From the NCBI RefSeq assembly GCF_032191835.1, contig NC_083223.1, positions 72,044,001 through 72,108,000 of the forward strand: a stretch of 64,000 nt of DNA, written 5' to 3'. Shown here piece by piece: positions 51,258-63,375 of the stretch. Each line of letters opens with the position of its first letter. Positions within the stretch are counted from its first letter, which is position 1. This DNA comes from Heteronotia binoei (Eukaryota). The translations under genes were made by a program, and so were the position numbers. A model generated the notes under the pieces. It was not told the DNA's origin. It was given only the letters and a program-made list of their open reading frames with translations, and did no database searches.

Positions 51258-53549
51258 CTGAAAGAAAGCAAAGTACCATAAACTGGGGACTTGTTCCTTT
51301 CTCCCAGACACTAAGCAACCCAATGGGCATTTTGCTATTATATATGTAAACAGAGCTCCTCTTGTGACATATTGTGTTTACTTAAAAAAAACCCAACCCT
51401 GCACCTGTATTCATTTGCATAGGTTTCAATAATTTAAGATTATAAAAATAAAACATGTAATATTCAGTAATAAGGCAGACCTATGAAGATAGTCTTGAAG
51501 TTCCAAAACAGATGCTCAGCCATCACAATAAAATAACCCTACACAGCTACCACAAAACAATGGTTCCTTAGCCAGTAACAGTTATAAGAACTTACAGGCA
51601 AAAGACCCCTCTCAAAGAGAACCATTTTAGCAAAGGATAAACTTGCAGAGAGGAAGGGATGACAACTTCCCATGGGCCCTTTTCAAACTGCCTTTGCATT
51701 CCATTTTAGTAACTGGCTGCTAATGGGTTTTTCCTGTCTTTCAGACAGACCTGTTTTAGTAACTGGCTGCTAGTGCTTTACTTGAAATCTGGCCAACAAC
51801 AAATAACATCCCGTTTAGAATGGTAATGTGAAAAGGGCCCTTATTACAATACTGCTACCAGTAAGGTAACATCTCTTGCCACCACTCAGAAGCAAACAGA
51901 GGACCACCTCTAAAAGTGACTGCATCACCCACACTTGTCTATACAGCACTGTTAAGTGGTAAAAGCTACTATTAAGATGTATAGAATAGACTAGAGACTG
52001 GAGAAGAGGTAGAGTTCAGTTCATAACTCAGGTACAGATTACTAGTCTCAGATGTTATGCTATTACGAGGTAAACAGGAGTATGAGCAAGTAATGACTTT
52101 GTTATTCCAATTTACAGCTGTTCACCAGTTACATTTTCTACAGGAAGAAGTGGTATTTGCCTCTTCTGGTTGGTTCTAAAGGTTTCCCCCCCCCCTCCAC
52201 AGAGGCAAGGGGGGGGGGACTAGTAAATGCTTTTTGAGGCAAAGGTCAGGAAGGCTCCCAAACTGCTGTCATTTTATAGAATGTGTAAAATGGAATTTGA
52301 GGATAACATTTTTTGCAAAGGGAATAAAATTGTAATTTTAGTAGTTCTGAAAATTTTAGGCAGCACCCCCTCCCCACACAAATGCTATATTGTTCACTAG
52401 ATGTCTTATCCTGGCTTTATCTCTTTCTCCTCTAAGTGATCAAGCATTTTTTTTAACAAGAACAGGAATGGGCTACACCTCCCCACTTCAAATCAACATT
52501 GGGTTAACTTCAGATTTAACAAGCAATTTCCAGTGATCCCTTCTTCCTGCTGCATACCTCTTCATGTCCTTCCTTAGGGTCCCCTACCCCCCATGAACAT
52601 CATTTTATAGAGACTACTGGGAAAAAGGGGAGGCAAGAATGTTCCTTTCTGACAAAGGAAATTGATGTTCCCCCTTGTATGGCAAATAGCAGCCTGGAGC
52701 AGAGGGAACAGAATGGCAGGAACATGGTGCAGGACCTTGTCCAGCACTGGGCCCCTGTCTGAATCATAGGCCCCCCTCCCCTCCATCTATACAGCTTTTA
52801 GATGTCAAGAAACTGAAGATCCTAACCATACGTTTCTGGGTCATATCTAGTTTGGTACCTACACATGTATGTATGTACTTTGAAAATGGTTTTGTATTAA
52901 GTTCTTACATATTTTTCATACTATTATTAGATAAAGGGACAGAAGAACTTTTGCAAATTGACTAAAGACTGAGGTTGCAAGTTGATTTTCCCCCTGTTCA
53001 TACAATTCACAATCTGAGGCAGACAGTTACCTAAAGAGAACTTGAAAACAGGTTTAAAACAAAAACGAGATTAAGCTCACCAAGGCTAAATTTTGTGGCT
53101 CTTGGCAATGGCTTGGATACAGTCTAGTGATCCACAAGTGAGAACAAATGGACTTCCTGCATCTCTGTTTATGTAAGATCTTGAACACCACCTAGCACTT
53201 TCCTCCCTGTATACTGTAGGGCCTAGAAATTAGGTGCACAAGAACTTGCCCAAGTGGGGATATTGTAAGTCTGACTTAGCAAAAACAGCTACTGTGGTAT
53301 TTTCCTCTCATTTTTGCTTGTGCAAGAACTCTAGCACAAGTGTAAATTTTCTTCTGGATCCAATGCAATAATTCTGTAGACAGAAGATGTCCTATTCTGC
53401 ATAACTGACTATACAAGAACCACCTGGAAATATCCATTAACAAGAAATACAGCATGATGATGCCTGCAAATCTTCAGAAGGTGATTTTAGGGTGCTGTCA
53501 CTACCATAAACTATACCAGCCAAGCGAATGACTACTGTTGCATCCTCAC

Positions 53550-53652
53550 CCCAAACTGCCCTTCCAACTTCCAATGAGGCTTCCTTCAGCTTGGTAGTAA
53601 GGCTGGATCCTGGTCCTATGCCAACCCTTATAGCTTTTGATGGGAGCTGGCC
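53550..53652 (-). CDS. Candidate exon (GQLPSKAIRVGIGPGSSLTTKLKEASLEVGRAVW)
   Basis: Pyrimidine-rich acceptor ...actttactgtgaag|; donor G|gtgagg; phase 0-1. Confidence 0.5.
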
Positions 53653-54002
53653 CTTCACAGTAAAGTAACAAAGTTATACAGTATAAAAAGAGAAGACAGT
53701 TGGAGGCTTCACCCTCCATTGAAAATTTCTGCTTGAAGGAACAATATGTACTACTTTGCTTAATTAACCATTCCACAAGGGAGAAAGAGGGGATCTGCAG
53801 GTGTCTTAAGAAATTTGTGATTTGACATTGCTGTGACCAACACAGATACTTAGCACTGGGTCTGAATGAAAGACTGAACAGGATAATGTCAAGTACATAA
53901 CAGCCCCCCACCCCCAAATCCTTCCACTGAACGTAACAGGCATATTTTACAGTATAGCAGCATTTAGGCCCATGATATGACAGAATCTAAATACTATTGC
54001 AA

Positions 54003-54272
54003 CAGCCCCGTGGCACAGAGTGATAAAGCTGCAGTACTGCAGTCTGAACTCCCTGCTCACGACCTGAGTTTGATCCTAGCGGAAGCTGGGTTCAGGTAGC
54101 TGGCTCCAGGTTGACTCCTTCCGAGGTCAGTTAAATGAGTACCCAGCTTGCTGGGGGTAAAGTGTAGATGACTGAGGAAGGCAATGGCAAACTACCCCGC
54201 AAAATGTCTGCCATGAAAATGTTGTGAAAGCAACGTCACCCCAGAGTCAAAAATGGACTACCTTTACCTTTT
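54003..54272 (+). mobile_element. Sauria SINE-like element
   Basis: cagccccgtggcacagagtg head, cccagcttgctgggggtaaagtgtagatgact core, acctttacctttt tail. Confidence 0.82.
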
Positions 54273-54808
54273 TAAATACTATTGCAAGCAGCTATTTCCA
54301 TTCCCTATTAATAGGGGAGTTAGATTCAAGTCCAGCGGCACCTTATTTTATTTATTTATTTTATTTATTTGGGATTTATATCCCGCCCTTCCCACAAGTG
54401 GCTCAGGGCGGCTTTAGACAGGGCCTTAGACACCAACAAGATTTTCAGGGTATGAGCTTTAGGGAGTCAAAGTTCCCTCCATCAGACAAGAGTAGGAATG
54501 GTAATCTGGGTTCTTTTTATCCCTCTCAGAAGATGGGAGGAGTGTTGAAAATAATGCTTGTAAAAGATGCAAAAAGGTACAATACAGATTGTAATTAGCT
54601 TGATTAGAGCAAAGAGAAAATGCTTGGCAGCAGAAAATCAGCATCTGTACTGAGATAATGACAAGTGTCACCACAAAATTTAACCAACTTTGTAAAAAGT
54701 AGCAGTTCTTTTAATTCTTAAAAGTTTCCACCTAATGCATCTTGTCATATCCCACTACACCTGTGGTCACACAATCCTACCCTCCACCTCTCTTTTTTTC
54801 CTCCTCAC

Positions 54809-55023
54809 TTGAAGCACAATATTATAAAAATGATGATGCCTTGAGGCTTGTACTACAAAATCTTCCCCCAAAGTAAGAGTAAGGTTTTGTAAGATATGTT
54901 TTGTATCAAGCTCAGAGGCTAATGTCCCGCAGAAGGAAGGAATCCTCAAATCAGACTGATCAGCAGCATTGATGGAGCTGTTTTGTATAGCATGAAGACT
55001 GGCTACATCCCTGACATCTTCCA
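54809..55023 (-). CDS. Candidate 215-nt exon (EDVRDVASLHAIQNSS...HHHFYNIVLQ)
   Basis: Acceptor aacttatctctctag|; donor CAA|gtgagg; 71 open codons in unique sequence; phase 1-0 joins 53652. Confidence 0.6.
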
Positions 55024-55093
55024 CTAGAGAGATAAGTTTCAGTTAATAAAGCAACCATTTAAATTATTTTAGAAGTATTCAAATATTAACAAG

Positions 55094-55290
55094 CAGGGCT
55101 TTGTTTGTAGAAAAAGCCCAGCAGGAACTCATTTGCATATTAGGCCACACACCCTGACATCACCATTATTTTGAACAGGGCTTTTTAAAAGAAAGAGCCC
55201 AGCAGGAACTCATTTGCACATTAGGCCACACCCCCTGGCACCAAGCCAGCTGAAACTGCGTTCCTGTGAATTCCTGCTCAAAAAAAGCCG
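55094..55290. mobile_element. hAT MITE with an internal duplication
   Basis: Exact TSD ttaacaag (55086-55093 and 55291-55298). Confidence 0.88.
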
Positions 55291-55515
55291 TTAACAAGTA
55301 TATAACTTAGCCCTCCCACATATCAACTCTGCTACCAATTTTTGTTAAGAAAATTATCATGTTAACATGCTCCAGTGTTTGTCTCGTGCACAAACAAAGA
55401 CCAGCATTGGAAACACATGTTCACTAGACACAGATGATTCTGCAATACAAAGGTAACCCTCTGTTAGTGTTCCAATACCTGGATGACATTTAAACATTTA
55501 CAGCAGCAGTAAATG

Positions 55516-55735
55516 CAGGACTTTTTTTTCAGAAAAAGGCCAGCCGGAACTCATTTACATATTAGGCCACACCCTCTGTCATTACCATTGTTTCGCAAAG
55601 GTGATTTTTTTCAGAAAAACCCCAGCAAGAACTCATTTGCAAAGAAAGTATTAAGAGTTTTAATACAGGGGGCCACACCCCCTGATGCCAAGCCAGCTGG
55701 AACTTCCTTAACCTTCCTGCTAAAAAAAAGCCCTT
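55516..55735. mobile_element. hAT MITE
   Basis: Exact TSD agtaaatg (55508-55515 and 55736-55743). Confidence 0.88.
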
Positions 55736-56029
55736 AGTAAATGTATCCTTATCATTTGAATGTTGAGTGTTTTACTACTATCCTTGCTTTGACACTGAAC
55801 TTCTGGATCCACCTCTTTAGTGCGGTAGCTATGAGGGTTAAAGTGTGAACTAAATGCATGAATAGATGTAAAGACAATCCTGACTTGTGGGCAAATGGAT
55901 TCAGTATATTGATTTTTGGAATTCCTTTTTCTCCTGTGGGCTGCGAGCAATAAGAGTCCAATCAACTACCCAAAGTCTCCCAAACCACAGATTCTATAAC
56001 CTTAACTGCAGATATATATGCATAGCTTT

Positions 56030-56172
56030 AACATTAAAAATCACATATCCATTTACATTAGTCACTCCAGATCTCTTCCGAACATATCTTGTTGAAGTAT
56101 CTAACATTAAAAATCACATATCCATTTACATTAGTCACTCCTCTTCCGAACATATCTTGTTGAGGCATCTAA
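56030..56172. repeat. 73-bp direct tandem duplication
   Basis: aacattaaaaatcacatatccatttacattagtcactcc... begins at 56030 and again at 56103. Confidence 0.9.
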
Positions 56173-56502
56173 TCACTAGAGTATTACTCAGTCTAAATGG
56201 GGGGGAGGGTGGCGCGGAATAGCAGACAATTAGGAAGGTAAAGTACAAACTATGTGCTTCCACTTTTACCACCCTAATCTGAGAAGATAAGCAGGACTGG
56301 CTCTGCTTAGTATTTTGATGGGAGAATACCAAGGAAGTCCAAAGTCAAGACACGGATGAAGGCAATGGCAAACCACCTCTGAGCATTTCTTGTCTTGATA
56401 GCAAGGGGTCGCTGTAAGTGAGCTGTGACTTGATGCAAACCCCCCCCCCCCCCAATATATTGAAGCTATTTCCCATTTATGAAGTTTGAATTTAGGCTAG
56501 AT

Positions 56503-59500
56503 CAGTGGTGGCCAAACTTGCTTAACATAGAGCCACACAGAATAAATGTCAGATGTCTGAGAGCCGCAAGACATGAACAAATATTACACGCCTGTATTAA
56601 AACTCTTAATACTTTCTTTGCACATTTATGCACTTTACAAACATGAGCATGCTAGAAGGAGGCTTTTTTAAAAAGCAACAGCTAAAAATAACAGTTTCTG
56701 TAAGACCAGCACAGGGAAAGGCTAGGGAATTATTTTTTTCAAACCAGTGAGAGAAGGAAACTTACATGTACCATATAAATCACTGACCGTGACCACCCTT
56801 TGCATCATTATGCATCTCTCTTTGCCTCAACACCAAGGTTAGTAAGTACAGTTCCTACAAGAACTATGAAACTAAGGGGGAACCTTTAAGTCCGTCCCTC
56901 CTTCCATCTGAAATTTTATAATTTTTATTGATTTTAATTACAAAAAGAAAAGGCACAAGCATAGATACATTAAAGAGGGGAAGGGGTGTATACAGAGTGG
57001 GAAAAACAGAAACGAAGAATGTAAATATATCAGTTACAATTCTACCTCCAAATAAAATACCCAGTTATTTCTACCTGCAAGTATGAGGTTCTCCTCATAT
57101 ATTTTACCATCTTTATCTTTCATTATACTAAACTATTACTTGAAATGCACGTCTAAACAATTCTTCTTCAACACATATTATAAAAGAGTCAGCAGTCTCA
57201 ACACAGAACTGGCTGGCTAAGCTTAACCATCTTGAAAGCACAGACTAACTTGTTAGTTTAACAATATCATCATTAAAATAAGCATATGAAACCAATACCT
57301 TTATCCTTAACAAGCTAAAAATAAAACATAATAATTTATCTATCTCAGTATAGATAGTTTCTCCAAACAAACATACCAAGAGCAGATCAGCCAGATTACA
57401 AAATAATTGTGCTCTCTGCCTTCTTAACAATTGATCCAAATTAACTATTTATTTACATAACATTTTTTGTAAAACTTTCCAAAGATCTCACTTGACCTTT
57501 TAAAATTGTGTATCAGTTCTTATTAAAAATTCCATATCTAATTACCCACAGAGGGAACAACAGTTTAAGGACTCTTCTTCCTGGAAGATTTCCACGTCTT
57601 GATCTTTTGCTACTTAACTCAACCATATTAAAAATACAGACTAGCTTATTAGTTTAACAATATCATCATTAATATGACCCTAAGAAACAAATAACTTTAT
57701 CTATTAAGAGCAAATCTACCAAATTACAAGATAATTATATTGTCTGCCTTCTTAAAAAATTAATCCAACTATTTACATAAAATTCTTCTCAAAACTTTTC
57801 AATCCTTTAGGCTCTTATATCCATATTGCTCTAGAAAAAACAACTTAATATAACCCAAAAATCTCACTTAGCCTTTAAAAATCACATGTCAGTTCTTATT
57901 AAGAGTTCCATACAACTACCCACAGAGAGAGAGAGAGAGAGAATTCAAAAACCCTTCTTCCTGAAAAATTCCACATCTTGATTTTTGGCTAAGATGTACC
58001 TTCTCTTTCCTTAAAGCAAACTAAAACAAATATCTTTATCCTTAAGCTAAAAATAAAACATAATAGTTTATCTATCTTAATATAGACAGTTTCTCCAGAC
58101 AAACATACTAAGAGCAGATCTACCAAATTACAAAATAATTGTGCTATCTGCCTTCTTAACAATTGATCCAAATTAACTATTTATATAACATTTTTGTAAA
58201 ACTTTTCCATCCTTAAGATCTCACTTATCCTTTTAAAATCGCATATCAGTTCTTATTAAAAATTCCATATCTAATTACCCACAAAGGGAACAACAGTTCA
58301 AAAACCCTTCTTCCTGAAAAATGTCCACATCTTGATTCTTTGGTTGAGATGCACCTTCTCTCTCCTTAATGCAGTCATCCCTCTCGGTAAAAGTAGGAAG
58401 AATTCCACGCCATTTGTTCCTCTAGACAAAACTTCAATCAGTCTCGATTTACGGTCTTTCATAAGGTTCCATTTTGGTTTTCTTTTGTTCGTTTCCCAGC
58501 GGATCACTCTCCCTTTCCAATTCCACAGATGTCACCAGAATCTCTTTCACATTTTGCTCATGTAGATTTGAGATTTCGCTAGCTTTCAGCACAAAAGCTC
58601 CCATTTGTTTCTTAATCAACTCTGTTAATGAACCAAGATCCTGTTTCAGAGAATTTATGCTACTTAATATGTCTTCTTTATAAAACATTTCACTTGGCAA
58701 TGCCATTTTTCTCTAACAAAGTCTATTAATCCAAGTTGAAAAGTAGCTCAGAGACCCAGTTAGTCCCCCTTTCCAAATCTCCAGCTGTGATTTTGAATGT
58801 TACCATTTCAATTGCAATCAGACGACAAAGAGAAATCTCTCTAGAATATATCTCGTTTTTGTACAGACCATATTGCAGCCAGATAATAGCCTCTTTAACA
58901 CATATCCAATTATAGTCCGAGTCGATTTAGGTATCTGTATTCAGTCTAATTCAGATTATTTCCAATGCTTAAAGATGTTCTTTAACTTTTCGAAGCCTCA
59001 TTCACAGGGAAAGTGGAGATGGAATCGACCTCTTTCCCTTCCTTTGAACTGACCGCTTGTTATGTAAAACGACCCATTAGTCAGTGGTATTGAAAGCACA
59101 CTTACTTGCCAAGTAGAAATGCCATGCTTGAGGTAGGGAAGCGATACTTCAGAAGTTTATTGAAAGAAAAGAAAGCAGTCGGACGTTCACCTCTTCCTGC
59201 TGTGTTAGCTATCATGGCAGAGGAACTTCGGGGCATACAAGAAAAACAGGAACAGCTGCCGCTGTGCCCCTGGCTTCCTGTAAAGTCCCATGCTGAAAGA
59301 AAACCCCTTCAGGGTCTCCTTGGCACCCCTCCACCTGCCTGACGTGGCACCCCTCCACCCGCCTGATTCAGAGGGGCTGCAGGAGAGACAATCCACAGAC
59401 CCCTGCTGAGCTCAAGGCGACATAACCTGGAAGACTTCTCCATCCCTCTTTCCAATGGCTCCCTTGGCTCTTGCGCTTTCTCTTTCCCTCCACTCTAGAT

Positions 59501-59744
59501 CTCTGGGCTGCCTCTGTGGTCAAGAAGAGCTTGCAAGACTGCCTATTTTCCCTTCCTTCCCTACTTAACACACGGTGAAAATAGTCACCTGCCTATGGGT
59601 TAGCGCTCAGAGGCTGACTGAGTTCCTGATACTAAGCACGTTTACTTGAGAGTAAGCCTGAATTAAGCTCCTCCTCAACCTCCAGAAGTTGATACCTGTG
59701 AAACAGCCACATGTGACTCTTGAGCTGTAGGTTGGCCACCCCTG
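56503..59744. mobile_element. hAT (Charlie-like) element expanded to 3.24 kb by an internal retroelement
   Basis: Ends cagtggtggccaaacttgcttaa and gagctgtaggttggccacccctg match the inverted ends of MITE 18678-18988; TSD ggctagat/ggttagat (7/8). Confidence 0.8.
56911..59560 (-). mobile_element. L1-derived, apparently RT-less element (HAL1-like) with three ~370-bp tandem units
   Basis: GC-rich 5' region sharing a motif with the L1 5' UTR; coiled-coil ORF start at 58706 (MALPSEMFYKEDILSSINSLKQDL...); repeats anchored at 57516, 57892 and 58249; T-rich 3' UTR with AATAAA; no RT or EN motifs seen. Confidence 0.6.
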
Positions 59745-60210
59745 GGTTAGATGTTATCTCTTCTGTAGGCTGCCATTTGTCCTTTCAAAGCCTCTTCTGC
59801 TTTAAAAAGCAGTAAGGAGCAATCACACTCTGTTTTTTAGTTTGCACCATCTCCTGATGAAGGATGCAAGTAGCATGTGGCTTCTCCCACTCATTAAACA
59901 CAAAAACTATGTTGTGGCAGAAGTCCAACCCCTCCCATCCCACAGAAGATTTAACCTTTTTTAGATATGCACACTCTTCAATAAGTTTAAATTCATCAAT
60001 CTGTTTCCTCCTCTGGAAGGGAGTTACCCAGCCAGTTGTCTAGCAAACCATAAGGCAGCCAACCACCTATTTGCTGTTTACAGAGACAGCAATTTCACAT
60101 TTGTGACAGCTCCAAAGAACTGATACTTGAAAACAAGCAAGCCATACCAGAAATAGTCACTACACAGAGTACACTAGAAATTTGTTTTAATCACTGTACA
60201 TTCATGTATA

Positions 60211-60340
60211 GACGCACTGCAGCCGCTGTGGCCGGACCTGCCTGTCCCACATTGGTCTTGTCAGCCACCAGCGAGCCTGCAGCAGGCGTGGACTGTTGCA
60301 CCCTTCTTGAATCTTCGTTCGCGAAGCCAAGCCAAGAAAA
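60211..60340 (+). mobile_element. RTE-clade LINE 3' terminus
   Basis: CGRTCLSHIGLVSHQRAC C-terminal motif followed by atcttcgttcgcgaagccaagcc. Confidence 0.75.
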
Positions 60341-60859
60341 GAAAGAAAAATCTATGTACTGACACAGGCTGCTATAAACAAAAGTTTATGTTCATCAGCC
60401 CCCTTAATATTTCTTATGCTTGTGAGACTTAAGAGCAATGTAATGTTTTTTTTAGAGGAACATCCAGCCTTTGTAGATGTCACATCTGTTATTCACATCA
60501 TTATTATATCTAATTCTAAATGTGCCCAAATCTGTACATACTTAAAATCAGAGACTGGAGCCATGAACAGACAAGACAGATCTTTCTACAGACTTGAAAA
60601 AAGCCCCAGAGGTAATTCTGGTGAGGAAAGCTGATGTTTTAGAGGGAAATGAATCTACTTATCTTGGATAGAGCAGTTGGCTCTTATAGAGCAGTTAAAT
60701 AGTTTGGGGGTACTGAAGGGCTCAACTTTACTGTTTGAAAAGCAGACCACCACAGTGGCCAATAACTCTATCAGCTGCTTCTATATCAGCTGCTTCTACT
60801 TTGCCAACTTCTATATCACGCTTCTATATCAGCTGCTTCTACTTTGCCAACTTTTATTA

Positions 60860-61050
60860 GAATGAGAACCCTTCTGCAACCTCGCAGTTAATGTAACATG
60901 CTTTATGTTGGGCTGCTCCTGAAAACAATCTGGAAACTGCAGCTGGTTCAGAACACTGCAGCCTGATTATTGTCAGAGGCTAGCCAATGAGGACGTTACT
61001 CATGAAATCGCTACACTGGCTGTTAGTTAGCTTCCAAGTTTAGTTCAACT
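60860..61050 (+). mobile_element. L2 C-terminal fragment
   Basis: LYVGLLLKTIWKLQLVQNTAA motif. Confidence 0.75.
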
Positions 61051-61595
61051 GGGAGTTGTATAAGGCAGTCAGCAGCAGTGTTGACTATTACCAACCCAAC
61101 ACCCTAAATATCAGACATCTTACTAAGCTGCTAATATCCAGTTCTGAAGTTAACAGGCAGAATTCTTAACACTGCCCACTATTTCCCCCTGAATTGGATT
61201 CTAGCGCTGCATCACACTGTTCAGATATTCCCCCAAATCTAAGGACTCTATATTCTTCCACTACCACCACTAGAGAATATTTCATATTATACTGGACAAT
61301 TAGACAAGTCTTAATACTGGACAAACGACTTCAAGCCTGTTTATGAATATATGTATAATATGAGAAAAATTATGCTTCCTCCCCCCCCCCTTTTTTTTCT
61401 TCAGAGCTTTTAAGACAGAGGGTTAGTGAGTGGCCAGTTCAAAATTTCTCCAGAAATTCTCTCTCAGACTAGATATCAGATGTTATAGTTTGCTTATATA
61501 TGAAGCAGACACAGGAAGATATTTGGGACAAATCAACAGACAGGTGGGACAACACACTACAAGAATAAAATAATACACTTGTTAAATAGTTATAC

Positions 61596-61600
<5 letters not shown>

Positions 61601-61660
<60 letters not shown>
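61601..61660. repeat. (AT)n microsatellite, ~30 units
   Basis: Direct reading. Confidence 0.97.
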
Positions 61661-61664
<4 letters not shown>

Positions 61665-62211
61665 ATTGGTATTTTATTGTTTTTTAATGTTGAATGTTTT
61701 TATGATGTAACCTAACCTGAGCCTGTCCTACGGGAAGGGCGGGCTAAAAATCGAATATAAAAATCTCTCCTTGAGTGAGGGGCCAAACCTTTCCCTTCAC
61801 ACAAACAACATCTGTGTGCAACAAAACTGGACAAAGACTTGTATGACAAACTGATAAACCAAATACTGAAGAAAATAGCAATGAGAAAACAGGGCCTTGA
61901 TCTTTCGCTTGACTCAATCTGCTAGCAGAGCCAATGCACATGACCACTCCACTTGTGCTAGTCAACTCACCCATGGTGAAAAACACTGATAAAGATTGGC
62001 ATTTTAAGGGAAACAGGCCCAACTTAATCTCTGCTAGTAAACTAGGACAGAATAGAAAAATCTTTTAATAGATCACCAGGATAGTGGTAATGAAAAGCTC
62101 AAGTCACTGAAAGGTTCAATAAAGAATGAACCATTCACACACAGAAAATGCACATCTATGCCCTAGGTCAATAAGAACTTATTCAACAGAACGCTCACCA
62201 TACATTTTGAG

Positions 62212-62301
62212 TTTTATCACTTTTGGCTCTGACAAAGATGAATTTTATCACTTTTGGCTCTGACAAAGATGAATTTTATCACTTTTGGCTCTGACAAAGA
62301 T
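62212..62301. repeat. 31-bp minisatellite, ~2.9 copies
   Basis: Unit ttttatcacttttggctctgacaaagatgaa, head to tail with no spacers. Confidence 0.93.
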
Positions 62302-63231
62302 CAGAGTTCAAGTTTATGTAATACGAGCTTGTCCCCAAATAGTTTTTCAATCACGCACACAAAAAAATAATAATGTAGAAACATTTTATGATGGAGAAGG
62401 AGATTCTTGCTCTGCTCCTCATAGCTTATACTGAGGAGACCCCAGAGTTGTATATTAAACCATGGCCAAGTTCCATAGCACAAGTTCTATAACTGGAACA
62501 TCAATTTATAAAAACAAAGAATTTTTCAGAATATGATATATGTCATAACCTTAAGGTGCAACTCACAGAAGAAGGCTGCTCGGAACACTGCACTTTGCAG
62601 TGGAGATATACTTTGCAAATGAGAGGAAACTGTTAAGCACAGCAGTTTCAAGAAGCAATAAGCATCCTTATCTTTGGGGAGAAATAGTGACTCTCCTCAT
62701 TTAAGATCTATTATTGCATTAGACACTGAACTGCATAATCCCATTACCAGCTGCTGAATCCTAAGGACACTAAAAGCAAAGATACTCTACAGACAGCCAA
62801 CAATCTATTTACAGATTCAGCTAGAATGGTTGCTTATTTTACAGCTTTGGGGGTGGGTGAGGGGTGGCTGTGCACATCAACATTACCCTACCATTCAACA
62901 TATTTGAGTTCAGTGAGCCATCTGTTTTAGAAAGTCTTGTCATCTTCCCCAGACCTCTTGAATTTTGTAGTAAAATTAAGACGATATAATATTCCTAAGT
63001 GCTGTAAATTGCACATCAAGTTTCTATGCAAGGAATTTGCTCACAAGATTTATCAAATCATTATTTAAATTTATTATAATCACTTAGTAAATTGTTCAGG
63101 AATTCAATTGAAGTCACAGATGCTTGGCACTACAGAGCCTAGTTATTTGTAGCTGGATTTTCTGAAGGGATAGTTAAAAACCATTTCCCAAAATTGTGTA
63201 GTCAACTAGCAAACAAATATCTATACAATGA

Positions 63232-63375
63232 NNNNNNNNNNNNNNNNNNNNNNNNNNNNNNNNNNNNNNNNNNNNNNNNNNNNNNNNNNNNNNNNNNNNN
63301 NNNNNNNNNNNNNNNNNNNNNNNNNNNNNNNNNNNNNNNNNNNNNNNNNNNNNNNNNNNNNNNNNNNNNNNNNNN
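63232..63375. other. Assembly gap (144 N)
   Basis: Run of N. Confidence 1.

Noticed and set aside
62212-62301. 31-bp direct repeats as a CRISPR-like array
   Set aside because: Units are contiguous with no spacers, there are no cas genes, and the context is vertebrate.
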